A program made the position numbers and the translations under genes. From assembly GCA_964106915.2 (NCBI GenBank), contig OZ066916.1: a stretch of DNA of 64,000 nucleotides. One strand, given 5' to 3'. Shown here piece after piece: positions 1-12,644 of this stretch. The stretch is from Podarcis gaigeae. Lineage: Eukaryota. Each line of letters begins with the position of its first letter. Position 1 is the first letter of the stretch. A model generated the notes under the pieces. It worked only from the letters and a program-made list of their open reading frames with translations. It had not been told where the DNA came from and made no database searches.

Positions 1-692
1 TTTGTCTTATGTGAGTATCTAATAACCTTCCCCCCTTAGAAAGAATCGTTGCAATTTACTGATCACAAGCAGGAGGATAAGAACTGTGTGGAAATTAATT
101 ACTAACCAAAGATATGGCTTGTGGAAAATCGAGAAAGGAAAGAAAGTTCTCTGTGATGCAGTTATAAAAAGAGGCTGTAATGGCAGGCCGGCCTGCAGGA
201 GGAACAAGAGGGAGGAGGACTATGGTGTGTAACTATATCGGAATGTGAGTTCGGCCTGGCAGGGCCCCCGAGAAAATTTATGAGAGTGGCAGGCCTGTGG
301 AAATCAGGACAGACTGTGGGAAACATTTTGTATGGAGATGTTGAAATGATGTCTATCTATTTTGATATGGCTCTTGGATGAGCGTAAAATCCACACAGGA
401 TATAACAATGTTTGTTTTCAACCCACTTGTGGAAACTATCAGAGATCACAAAGAAAGGAATATATGATAACAACAAGAAGATGAGGAAAACAACAAAGAG
501 AAGATTGAAATAGAACTGTGATTATTATTTGGACAGAACTGTATACATCAAAGCAGCAGCAAGAAAGATGCTTGGACCCCGTTCGAAGCTTGAAGTATGG
601 GTACCCCCAACAAAAATTTAAAAATTTGGCTATGTAATTTGGAACTGATGTGATTTGGAATTAATATGATTTGATTGGCCTGTTAATAAAAT

Positions 693-876
693 ACTGTTCT
701 TAACCTGAAGACCACTTTAGCTAATGGGGCCTCCTGCTGCCGCCACACCGCCAGAGCACGATTTCTGTTCTCATCCTGAAGCAAAGTTCTTAACCTGAAG
801 CACTATTTCTGGGTTAGTGGAGTCTGTAACCTGAAGCGTATGTAACCTGAAGCATATGTAACCTGAGGTACCACTG
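693..876. mobile_element. Truncated Tc1/mariner(pogo/Tigger)-type MITE, one TIR remaining
   Basis: Ends in AACCTGAGGTACCACTG followed by TA; the body matches the complete copies at 12403-12644 and 60776-61014. Confidence 0.8.
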
Positions 877-1696
877 TATGGAAAACAGTAAGAAGAGGGG
901 GAAAGAGTGTAATGTACCTAGAAGTGGCATCCAGTCTAAAGCACTTGCCAGGGTCCCTTTCACAACTAGTGGCATGAGAGAGGCAACTTCATGATAGCAT
1001 TGCATGTTGCAGGGAGTATCTGTGAATATCTTCTCCCATAATGTATGGTTAATCACACTGGTCTCTTTCAACCACTTTTTTTTTTTAACATCCAGGGACT
1101 GATTGTGTAGGAAAGACCCACACAATTGGCCATCCTCACATGGTTGCAATATTCTCCCTAGCAATATAGGATTCCACTACAGGGAAGCAATGGTAATGTC
1201 ACTTGGTTTATGAAGAAAGTGTAATATGAGCCATTATGTATGGAGGCACCTTGGTAAGGTGTAGAAGAGGTGAGCTGCTACACTATTTCAGAGTCACTTC
1301 ACAGCCTCCAACTAGCCATCCAAATACAGTATATCATCCTGAAGGTCTGATTCCCTGGATCACAGTTTCATTTTCTTCCAATGCTCTTTGCCAATTCATC
1401 TCTTGCAAAGTCCATTATATTCATCTTCAACATCCTGGTTTAGTACTGGCACTAAGTGCACTCCAGAGAGCATCTGGATTAAACTGAAAGTCATGGCAAT
1501 TTGTCTGATTAAAAATACCGATAACGTTTCTTTCATTATGTGGTTAATGAAGATTACATTCTGAATGAATGCGTATTAAAACAAATAGGTCCCGTTTGGT
1601 GGTTGCTATGCATTTCTTCTTCATCTGGAATGAGCCAGTGGCGGTGTGTGCTAAGGAAAGCAAGAATGCACTGTTCAGATGTTGTAGCAGTCAGTA

Positions 1697-2058
1697 AAGG
1701 TAAAGGTAAAGGTAAAGGGACCCCTGACCATTAGGTCCAGTCGTGGCCAACTCTGGGGTTGCGGCGCTCATCTCACTTTATTGACCGAGGGAGCTGGCGT
1801 ACAGCTTCCGGGTCATGTGACCAGCATGACTAAGCTGCTTCTAGCGAACCAGAACAGTGCACGGAAACGCTGTTTACCTTCCCACTGGAGTGGTACCTAT
1901 TTACCTACTTGCACTTTGATGTGCTTTCGAACTGCTAGGTTGGCAGGAGCAGGGACCGAGTGACGGGAGCTCACCCCGTGGCAGGGATTCGAACCGCGGA
2001 CCTTCTGAACGGCAAGCCCTAGGCTCTGTGGTTTAACCCACAGCGTCACCAACATCCC
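1697..2058 (-). mobile_element. Sauria SINE, full length
   Basis: tRNA-derived head with box B (GGTTCGAATCC on the - strand), Sauria SINE body, (ACCTTT)n tail; flanking duplication TG(T/C)AGCAGTCAGTA at 1683-1696 and 2059-2072. Confidence 0.9.
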
Positions 2059-5000
2059 TGCAGCAGTCAGTACTCAGACACAAATGGGAAGGAACCAATC
2101 TAGTTTTCAGAGACTGTGCTGAGGAGGGCTGCACTGAGGAAGAATGGTAGGAGGCACCCTCTCCCCCTGATCCTGAATCTTCCCAGGAGCAGGGGAACAG
2201 AATAGATTTGGAACAGTGGTTTGCAGAGGGGCATACTGTAGTTTAGAAGGCAGAAGCTGGGAAATACTGGATGGGGATCAGCTAGGAGAAGAAACAGTGG
2301 AAGAGAGAGGATTAACAGATTCACAGTCATCAGACAGCATTCCTCCAGCGCCCTCCCCAAGCTTGAGAAGAGCTCAGAAAGTCTTAGAACAGAAAGTGCA
2401 GAGGGTACAAACTCAGTTTACAAGATGTTGGAGTGACGTGGATTAATAGGGATGGAGGGGGTGTGAGCCTTAATTGGGAGCACCGCCATTCTAGGTAATA
2501 ATAATAATAATTTTTGATTTATACCTCGCCCTCCCCAGCCAATAAGTTGAATGAACACAACTTAAAAACAAAATTAAAATACATTAAAATATTGAAACAT
2601 TAAAATATTAAAATGTATTTTAATAATACATAATAGTAGGTAGACTGGTTCTTTGACTTTCACTGTGATTATTAAAGAATCTTAACTGGTAAGATGTTCC
2701 TTGTGTTTGATCTCTTCTTATTCACTGCCACAGGGGAGGAAGCCAATTCCCTGAAGTCTGATACTAGTTGTGTGAGCCAGAACTGACAGCGAGACTGGTA
2801 GGAGTGACTGGAACTCAGGGCCCCCAAACCAGGATATCAGGAAACAGCACCCCCAGAGCTGGACTCAGAGGAGCCAAGGGTCCCCCTGGCCAAACACCTC
2901 CTGTACCTATGCTCCTGATCACAGTAGATGGGAACAGATGGAGAACTGACTGGTTCAAGTCCTGAGTCACACCATTTTTAAGGCTCTCTACTTTTCATCC
3001 AGGGGCAGTGGAGCCTAAGAGTCAATGACGGCAAGTATGGACTTGGTTGGAATGAAGACTGTTTAAAGTGGACCAGGACTGGACAAACCTTCTAAAAAGG
3101 ACTCCTTCAGATAGAAGATGGAAATGGGACATGTCTTAATCTAGCTTATAGAAAATTCTGCAGCACCATGGACAATATTCTGACCTGCCAGCCTTGTGCT
3201 TTTGTCTTAATTTGTGCTCTGGGTCATGAATTGGACGCTGCCTGCCTCATCATCAGCTTCAGATTGTGGACTATGACATCTACTTTCCATGTGCTTCCTC
3301 AGCAACTGGGGAGGGAATCTCATTTATTTATAAGCTGAAAGTGCATGTGGTGGAACAGGAGTGCATATGCCACAGTGGTGCATTTGTGCAGTGGTCCTCA
3401 GACCCCAATGGAAGAACAAATCAATCTCTCCCTCTCATGGAGAGGGACATCTCTAATGGTGACCTTTGAAGGCCAGCCCAGAGAGGAAGAGAGGACAGAA
3501 CATACCATCCAGGCAATTTGACATCCTGAACTTATCAATGGGAAATAACCTGAAGCAATAATGGATGGTAATATCTTCAGAGATGTCCAAAGTGGTGCAT
3601 TTTGTAACCGTTGGATACCATCTTGATTCAAAACTGCATTCAGTGGTATCCAACCATTGACCAAAACCTGCTCCTTGCACTTGGGAACTGTCACACCAAA
3701 TTGGATGATGTCACACCAAACTGAGCGACAATATCTTCAGAGTCATCCAAATCAATACAGTTCAGAACAGTTTGGTCTCCAATCTGGAATCCAAACATTG
3801 TCGGATGGTATTCAAACAGAGATCAGAACCTGCTCCATGATCCTGGGAACCATCTTGCCATATTGGGTCATTGACTCTGGGTCCACCAACTCTTGGCCTT
3901 CTGCCTTGCGCCTCATCAGTATCAGTAGACACTGGCCACCACCACTCAGAATGACAGAAATTCCAAGTAATTGTAGTATGGTAAGACTAAGATGGTGAGC
4001 CATTTGGATGGTATCCGTGACCCTGGAGGCAGCCCTAAATGGAGTCTACTGATATTTTTATTATTACAATTTACTCGCCCTTCTCCCAAAGGTCCCAGGG
4101 CAGGTTACAACAATTTAAAAGTACAATACTGAAACACTTTAAAAAATTACAACTACAAAAGATGCAATAATGAAAAATAGGGTGGGTCCTTAAAAAATAC
4201 ACCTCAGGTGTAAGAAGCCTGAAGATTTACATAGGCTTATATCAGACAGCAAAATGTGAATCAGCGCCCTGCTGTGTGATAAACAAGAGGAAAAGTTAAT
4301 TTCTTGATTACTCTCCACGACAAAACCACTTTTGCAAATCCAGCCTCAGATATTTCAGCTGTGAGGCCCAAAGCAAATTGCATGGAGTCAAAAAGTACTG
4401 GAGCTCATAATTTACATTATGTTCTTCTAATTTCAAAAAGTTCTGTACTTCTGTAATTAAATTTTGCTAAGCCATAAACCAACCTTCACATCTCATGTCC
4501 CATTATGAATCTCATCCTTAGACAATCCATCTACGCTATTATCAGTCCCAGATGGTGGAACAAGAGCCAAGCAAAAGCTCTTGGAATTCATTTCAGCTGT
4601 TTACAAAACTGGCTAATTTTCAGGATATTAAAATGTATTGCAGAGTGCTATAAATCCTGCACCCTCTCCCCATATATATTGTGCTCCATGACACATCAGG
4701 AGAAAATACATTTAAAATTCCTAGGAAATTGCCTTGCCTCTTAACAGCTTAAAATTGATTTGATGCATTGTATGAGTTGATGAATTGATTTGATGCATTG
4801 TATGTAAGTTAATAATCTGCATACATCAATCACAGTTTGTGGGCTGGGGTGGCCCATGACTGAAGTAGGATATTTCAGCTTTCAGGAGAGACGGAGGGAA
4901 TATGTGAGTGGGTAAGCTCACCCATTCCTGTCATATTAGTAGGAACCATGAAGGCATCAGCTCAGTGCCTCTCCTCCTCTCTGCACAGCCTGTCATTTCT

Positions 5001-5360
5001 GGACTGTCAAGCAGGCTAATTAAAAGAGCTTTTAAAATGCAGATAGGAGGAACGGCCAGTGGTGGAAGGAGGAGGAAATCCATTCTAAAAACATAGCACA
5101 TCTTCCCTTGGCCATTGTCACTGTTGTTGATTAAAACTGGGTTGGGAATTCCTGATAGCCTCCCCTAAAAACATGAGCCCTCTGGTACAGGTCAAGGGAT
5201 CATCTAGCCCAACACTCTGTCTTCACAGTGGCCAACAAGATGCTCACAGGAAGCCCAGAAGCAGAACCTGAGCTCAACAGCAACCTCCCTACTTGCGATT
5301 CCCAGCAGCTGGTATTCAGAGGCATACTGCCTCCAACAACAGAGGTAAAACATAGCCATT

Positions 5361-5628
5361 NNNNNNNNNNNNNNNNNNNNNNNNNNNNNNNNNNNNNNNN
5401 NNNNNNNNNNNNNNNNNNNNNNNNNNNNNNNNNNNNNNNNNNNNNNNNNNNNNNNNNNNNNNNNNNNNNNNNNNNNNNNNNNNNNNNNNNNNNNNNNNNN
5501 NNNNNNNNNNNNNNNNNNNNNNNNNNNNNNNNNNNNNNNNNNNNNNNNNNNNNNNNNNNNNNNNNNNNNNNNNNNNNNNNNNNNNNNNNNNNNNNNNNNN
5601 NNNNNNNNNNNNNNNNNNNNNNNNNNNN
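5361..5628. other. Assembly gap (N run)
   Basis: 268 consecutive N. Confidence 1.
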
Positions 5629-5862
5629 CTGAAGCTGAGGCTCCAATACTTTGGCCACCTCATGAGAAGAGAAGACTCCCTGGAAAAGATCCTGATGTTG
5701 GGAAAGATTGAGGGCACAAGGAGAAGGGGACGACAGAGGACGAGATGGTTGGATAGTGTTCTCGAAGCTACCAGCATGAGTTTGACCAAACTGCGGGAGG
5801 CAGTGGAATACAGAAGTGCCTGGAGTGCTCTGGTCCATGGGGTCACGAAGAGTCAGACATGA
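5629..5862 (+). mobile_element. BovB (RTE-clade LINE) 3' fragment abutting the gap
   Basis: Translates as MRREDSLEKILMLGKIEGTRRRGRQRTRWLDSV...VHGVTKSQT, the BovB ORF C-terminus; followed by (CT)n. Confidence 0.9.
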
Positions 5863-5878
5863 GAGACACGAGAGTGAG

Positions 5879-5880
<2 letters not shown>

Positions 5881-5922
<42 letters not shown>
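5881..5922. repeat. (CT)n microsatellite
   Basis: Direct observation. Confidence 0.95.
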
Positions 5923-5928
<6 letters not shown>

Positions 5929-7259
5929 AAGTAAGAATGATGCAAATAGGCAATTCCGCATCCAAGGCAGACTTAAAATCAGTCCCCTTCAATTTTTAAG
6001 AAAAAATGCTGCATGCTTGCTGGAAGGAGACATTAATCCTAGATAGGAGTGCTCTTTTCATCAGTCAAAAATAGCAGCTTCTACAGAAGGTCTAAGTGTA
6101 TGAGGGCAGTGAAGGCAGACTGGTGCATTAGTATACTCCTATGTGCCATTCTTATGTATACTACCTTGGAATCTATTTTTGAATGAAGTTGCACTTACTT
6201 GTTAATAATAACCATATTAAGGTTTTTAATGCAGTTATGAGTCACTTTCCATCACTTTTACTTTTGTGCACATTCCACATCATGAAAGCACCACTTCCCT
6301 CTTTCAGCTTGTTCTGCATCACTGCCTCGGAGCCTTTGATCCTTCTTCTAGACACGTTTCCAAGATCTGATCACTCATCCATCAGGGAAGAAAGTTGCAG
6401 AGAACCATCTTAAGACAGCAAATCAAGACAAGGCAACAAGAGAGCATGAACAAGTAGGCATCAAACTCTCACATTTGGGCCTGCAGTCATACCACAAAAA
6501 GTGACACCAGACTAACAGACCAGACTCTAGTCCACAAAAGCCCAGGACATAACTAACATGCTAGTCTTCAAGGTGCCACAAGTTTCCTTGTTGTCTTTGA
6601 GGGAGGAGTTTAGTACAGACATCCCTTTGGGAATTATCACAAAAGATGTCATTCACATATGGGACTTGGCTCTGACCGTGATGCAGGCTTCAATATCACT
6701 GGTCGGTCCCCCAGCCAGAAGGTTTCATCTTATTGGTACATTGTCCACCTTTGAGGCATTCTCCATTGGCATGGAATGGAACCGGCATGCCATTGGGAAG
6801 GGTGATGCTTACCTTTTGAGACCTGGACATCACATATAAGGCAACCAGGGCCTGAGGTGCACACACAGCTTACTGCACATTATCTGAGGGATCAAAAAAA
6901 AAAAAAAGAGTTCCTCTGAAACCTCAAGGAAATCTTTGAGAAGAAAAAGCAGAGCAGTGGATATGACATAGTTTCCTTTCATTTTACCAACCTCTCAGGC
7001 TGGAATAGTGGTCCAAAGCACACTGGCTGAGAACTCCAAGCAACAAGGAGATCAGCATGAAACTGTAGCCTTCAGGGCAGTTGGAGGGTTGGAGCTGAGC
7101 TCCTCTTCATCTGACTCAATCAGGAGGCATGGCAAGGGAGGAGTGGGTTGCTTTCAAGCTTCTCCGTGTCTCTTACCTGAAAAGAGCAGACAAAACAACA
7201 CCAGCCCTGATATTTTGAGATGTGCCAACTGTGACAGGAGAGAAAGAAGCAACAGAGCT

Positions 7260-7491
7260 TCCTTCTGGCGGTTCCCTCATTGTGAGAAGTGAGGTTACAG
7301 GGAACCAGACAGAGGGCCTTCTCAGTAGTGGCCTCCGCCCTGTGGAACACCCTCCCTTCAGATGTGAAGGAAATAAGCAGCTATCTTATCTTTAAAAGAC
7401 ATCTGAAGGCAGCCCTGTTTAGGGAAGTTTTTAATATTTAATGCTGTATTGTTTTTAACACTCAATTGGGAGCCAGATGGGTGGGGTATAA

Positions 7492-7533
<42 letters not shown>
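7260..7533 (+). mobile_element. L2-clade LINE 3' end with (TTA)n tail
   Basis: AGGGCCTTCTCAGTAGTGGC...TGGAAC (RAFSVVA..LWN) motif, GGGTGGGGTATAAAT(TAT)n tail; related to 30365-30640 and 59490-59615. Confidence 0.75.
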
Positions 7534-7534
<1 letters not shown>

Positions 7535-7794
7535 TCAGAAATGTCCCAAATTAGGCACGGTATCAGACACAGGATGAGGCATCTGAGATTATATGAGGCC
7601 CATTTCTCATTTAGAAGGAAGGAATGTGAGGGAGTGTGTGGCTTCACGACTGACAATTAGCATACTGAACTGGATTTTGTGAATGTTGCAAAATATTTCC
7701 AAATAATCACCGATGGGCTGCGTTTGCACATAAAGTGGATGCAGTAACTCTCCCATGAGGAAAGCTTGCAGACTTTTAAGTTGAGATAAAGGGC

Positions 7795-8050
7795 AAGGAA
7801 GAGGTGACGCCATTAGAAGTTTATAAAATTATGCAGGGCATGGAGAATGTGGATTGTGAGAAGTTTTTCCTCCCTCTTACATAACTCTAGAACTTGGAAG
7901 ATTCAGGACAATGAAAGAAAGTACTTCTGCACACAACACACATTAAACTATGGAACTCACTTCCACAGGAGGCAGCGGCAGCCACCAACTTGGATGGCTT
8001 TAAAGAGAAGATTCAACAACTTCATGGAGGAGAGTGTTATTGAAGGGTAC
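7795..8050 (+). mobile_element. CR1-type LINE 3' fragment, degraded
   Basis: EVYKIM.GME.VD..KFF-like translation and the GATGGCTTTAAA...AAC..TTCATGGAGG 3' motif typical of CR1 ends. Confidence 0.6.
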
Positions 8051-11000
8051 TAGTCATGATGGCTATGCTCTGCCTCCATGATCAGAAACACTAAATGCTT
8101 CCAATTGATAACCAACAGGAGGGGCCCAACCAGATGATTATGCGAAGCTGGAAGGCAGGACCTGAACGTAACAGTGCTCTCCTCACCTGTCAATACCACC
8201 AGCAAGTGGTATTCAAGGTCATACGGCTTTTGACAGTGGAAGCAGAACATTAGACTAGTAATCATTGATAGCCATATCCTCCATCAATATCCTCCAATGG
8301 TCAGAGGTGATGGGAATTTTAGTTATCTGGTGTAGAGGAATTATAGGTGTTACTTTTAAGAATAAATATATAGAATTGCAGAGTTGGAAGGGTCCTGAAG
8401 ACCATCTCATCCAACCCCCTGCAATTTAGGAACATGCAGCTGTCCTGTATGGGGGTCATCCTTGCAATCTTAGCATTATCAGTACCATGCTCTAAGTCTA
8501 ATCAATTGAGCTTTCCATTCACTATGGTGTATCCACCTTCATTGGACATACCAGAAAGCATAAAGTAAAGCAGGGTGGGAAAGGGAGAGAGAGGCAATGA
8601 TGATAGAATGAATCTGTTCCAGGAGCCATTTCATACCAAGACAAGTAAATCATGGTTTCATAGCAAAGTACAGAGAAAGCCGCTGAAACGTGATCCCAAG
8701 ATTTGAAGGATGAGACAGGAGAAGCCAAATTTATATAGTCTAGAAAAAGAGAAAACACATCTCAAGGAGGCTTGATGGGTCTATAAATGCCTTCATGGTA
8801 ACAATATATAAATGTTAACAGTATCAAGTCATTAAGGGGGATTTGATAGAAGACATTACACAGCCTACCGAAAAATGCTACAAATCAAGTGATGGTTCTA
8901 AGTTTGATGATCACGGAGCGTCGAAGATTCTGACATCTTTTGAAGTCTAGGCAGTTTCTTTTGTACCTCTTTGGCACTGTGAGCAGCAGATATGACCACA
9001 TAATGAAACCTTCTTGTTAATATAAAAAGGGCCCTTATCTTATAAAAACACAACCTGGGACTGCAGTGTACATTGTGGTTGGGAACGCCACTTTGAGCTG
9101 TGTGATACATCCATTTTGTTTTCTTCTCCCGCAGAAGTCAGAGATAGGAGTTTACTGCAAAGGGATTGCATTAAAAAATAATAATTGGAAGACAAAATTT
9201 AAAGCAGCCCAGTCTAAAACTATTTCATCGTCGAAAGCAATTTATCTTGGATATTATAAAATGAAGTGAAAACAATAAAGGCAAGGATGATGATTTTTAG
9301 ATTAGGCTGCTGCCACAGCACTAGAGAATCATGCGCTCTTGCAAGCCACCTGTTTCAGAGTAGGGCCATGGCAATTTATAGTTCTTCAGTCAAGGCCAAC
9401 ATGTCATTCATGGGCAGATGCCAGAATCCCAACATCCTGAGAAAGCCTACTTTTGATGCCAGCCCTGAGCTCCCCACATCAGGTGGATGTTTCTGTGAGC
9501 TGCCCACCATTTTAGTTTCTCAAAGTGGCCACATATCAATGACATACATCTAGCCTCATCTTTGTTTCCTTTTTGGAATGCACCTCTTTCAGCCAGCTTT
9601 TGGATGAGGTTGTCAGTGACCTAAATCCTTTATAAATCCTTATAGGGCCGTCTTAAGCATATCCGGCACTGTCGTGCAAAAATCCCTACAGCGCCCCCCC
9701 CCATTTTCCAGAGTTGTCATCCTTTTTTAAGGGGGGGACCCCAAAGTTGTTCACCTTTTTAAGGAAAGGTTCCCCAGAGTTGTTGACCTTTTTTGGGGGA
9801 GCTGACACCACGCTTACACATTATCTCTAACAAGCACTTAGAACAAAATAAAATGAAAAGGCAGAAGAAAAACTAATGAAGTTCTCAATTCCAAAGCAAG
9901 ACTCATTCAAGACTCAGCAGTTCTTCTAATTCATCCTCATGATTCAAATCACTGCATATCAAAAAGTTAAAGCAATCACCAGTTTGTTGTTCTTTAAATA
10001 AATTAATAAAGACACAGACAATGAAGTTCCCGGCCAATTTGTGTTTAAGTACAAAGCTGACGTTTTCAAATATTGTGGGGGGTGGGGGTGGATGTAAAGC
10101 AGTGACATCCTGAACCTAAAAAAGGACCCAAAACTTGGGTCACAAAGGCTGCAGCCCTAACTGCACTTACCTGAGAGTAAGCCCTGCTGAATCTAATAGG
10201 ACCTTACTTCTGAGTAGACAGTAGGACTGCAGCAAGAAACACAGTTGGGAATTAGGGCTTTTTGTTTAAAGTCTCAACCAGAGGAAAATGTAGTATTGGA
10301 GATTAGGAAAGGAATATGAATAGATTGGGGGGAGGGGGCTTGCGAGAGACCAAAAACCACAGGTAGCAAGACAAGGCACACTATCTGGGGAGCAAGTCTC
10401 ACACATAGTTGCTTGGGGCGAGGACTGCAGAGGGACCATAGTTGGGTTGTGTGTGTTTTTCAGAAAAACATAGAATTGGAAGGAATCCTGTCAGTCATCT
10501 AGCCCAACCCCCTGCAATGCTTTTTAGCTTGCGTTGATCTCAAAAACCTCCAGTGCCTTTCCCCCCCCATTGGATAGGCAATTAACAGGCTTGTTTCACA
10601 AATAAGGGAGAAGGAGTGTTGCTGGCTTGGTTTGGTTGGCCAAACCAAGAAGAAGAAGAATGAAGGGAGGAGGCTTCTCTTCCCTGGGATAGAGTTGTCT
10701 GTAACATTAAACACAGGGCACAATTCCAGGGAGAGAGAGAAACCAGGGCAGCTGCTGCTGCTACTCATGGCTTGGGCTAGATGTAGCTGAACAGGATGGG
10801 CAAGGGGACCCTGCAAGCAGGGCTGCATACCCAGTGAGGAGGCTCCAGACCAAAGGAGGAAACAGGGCAAGGGGGGGGGGGAGCTCCTCTCTTCTTCTTC
10901 TTCCTTCCGCCTCTCTTCTTCTTCTTCCTTCCTCCTACTCCTTGTGCTCCGTTTCCCCCTCGCCTCACCTCCCTCTTCCCACAGGGCAGGTGGGCCAAAA

Positions 11001-11001
11001 A

Positions 11002-11065
<64 letters not shown>

Positions 11066-11070
11066 AAGAG
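11001..11070. repeat. (GA)n microsatellite next to CTT-rich low-complexity sequence
   Basis: Direct observation. Confidence 0.95.
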
Positions 11071-11991
11071 AGCACTGCAGGCCAGCCACCCATATAGTTG
11101 GCAGGGTGCAGCTTCCATCCTAAGCCTCTGCAGGGATTGCTCTCCTCCTGCAGAGGCTTGGGAGGCAAGCTGAACGCCCGCCAGCCATATGGTTGGCGAG
11201 GCGCAGCTGGCGGGTGCAGGGAAAGGGGAGGTTGCCGGCAAAGCCGCACAGCTCCCCCACTCGCTGGGGCATCCCTGAGAGGCCGGCGTCCTGGCGCAAG
11301 GCGCCAGTAAGCCCAATAGGAAAGATGCCTCCGAATCCTTACCCACCGCTGCTTTTCATGAATCGTAGTGATATAGCTGTTTTTCCGCATTTGCATTTTA
11401 CAAATATTATATATGTATGTTGTGTTGTTTATCATGCTGCAAACCACCCTGCAGATTATTAACAGGACATTTAAGTTTAATTATCATTCATAGCATGGTG
11501 CTGTAGTTGTGGCTACAGCTTTCTCTCTCCAGAATTTCCTTTTCGTAGTGCTTATAGGAAATGCACCAACAGACCATAAGCATGAGAGCCCTTCTCCTGA
11601 TTGTGAGAGCCCTGTTGTGTTTGGGTCTGTCTGCAGGCTTCCCATAGGCATCAGGTTGGCCATTGTGATATCTGGATGTTGAACTAGGTGGGAAATTGGC
11701 CTGATCCAAAAGGGCTCTTATCATCAGTATCTGGTAAATTCACATCCTTGCCACGCAGGAAGATTTTTTTAAAAAAACATCCTCTGCTGTTATTCATTTC
11801 AGGAAGAAATAAACCTGTCTGCTGTGGCAAGGGAGTAAAACACCAGAGCATAAGGTAACAATTCATCATTCCGCAAGCCCCATGTTGATGGAATGGATCC
11901 CCCAGATATGGACTGCCCCAAACCTATTCCATGGGGGTTGGCCAGTGTTGAACCTTACAAGTCAACCAAGCAGATTCCTAGCAGTCATATA

Positions 11992-12326
11992 GGTAAAGGT
12001 AAAGGGACCTCTGACCGTTAAGTCCCGTCGTGGACGACTCTGGGGTTGCAGTGCTCATCTCACCTAACTGGCCGAGGGAGCTGGCATTTGTCCACAGACA
12101 GCTTCCGGGTCATGTGGCAAAACCAGAGCAGTGCATGGAAACGCTGTTTACCTTCCCGTTATAGTGGTACCTATTTATCTACTTGCACTTTGACGTGCTT
12201 TCGAACTGCTAGGTTGGCAGGAGCTGGGACTGAGCAACGGAAGCTCAAATCCCTGTTGCAGGGATTTGAACTGCCAACCTTCTGATCAGAAAGCCCTAGG
12301 TTTAGACCACAGCGCCACACGCTCCC
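11992..12326 (-). mobile_element. Sauria SINE, diverged with internal deletions
   Basis: Same head, body and (ACCTTT) tail as 1697-2058. Confidence 0.85.
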
Positions 12327-12402
12327 GATATACCCCAACATTAAACTTGGGTGTGCCATGGTCAATCCTCCCCTCAGGCCCCTTATGGGGCTCCCCCCTA
12401 TA

Positions 12403-12644
12403 CAGTGGTACCTCAGGTTACAGATGCTTCAGGTTACATACACTTAAGGTTACAGACTCCGCTAACCCAGAAACAGTGCTTCAGGTTAAGAACTTTGCTT
12501 CAGAATGAGAACAGATATCACGCTCCGGCAGCGCGGCAGCAGCAGGAGGCCCCATTAGCTAAAGTGGTGCTTCAGGTTAAGAACAGTTTCAGGTTAAGAA
12601 CAGACCTCCGGAACGAATTAAGTACTTAACCTGAGGTACCACTG
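12403..12644. mobile_element. Tc1/mariner(pogo/Tigger)-type MITE
   Basis: TIRs CAGTGGTACCTCAGGTTA / TAACCTGAGGTACCACTG, TA on the left flank, internal CTTCAGGTTA repeats. Confidence 0.85.

Noticed and set aside
1960-2058. tRNA gene
   Set aside because: It is the tRNA-derived head of a Sauria SINE, as are 52280 and 62610
5200-5961. Long ORFs spanning 5.2-5.9 kb
   Set aside because: Artefacts of the N gap, antisense BovB and (GA)n
10499-11447. 160-196 aa ORFs
   Set aside because: Driven by (GA)n/(CTT)n low complexity; no domain
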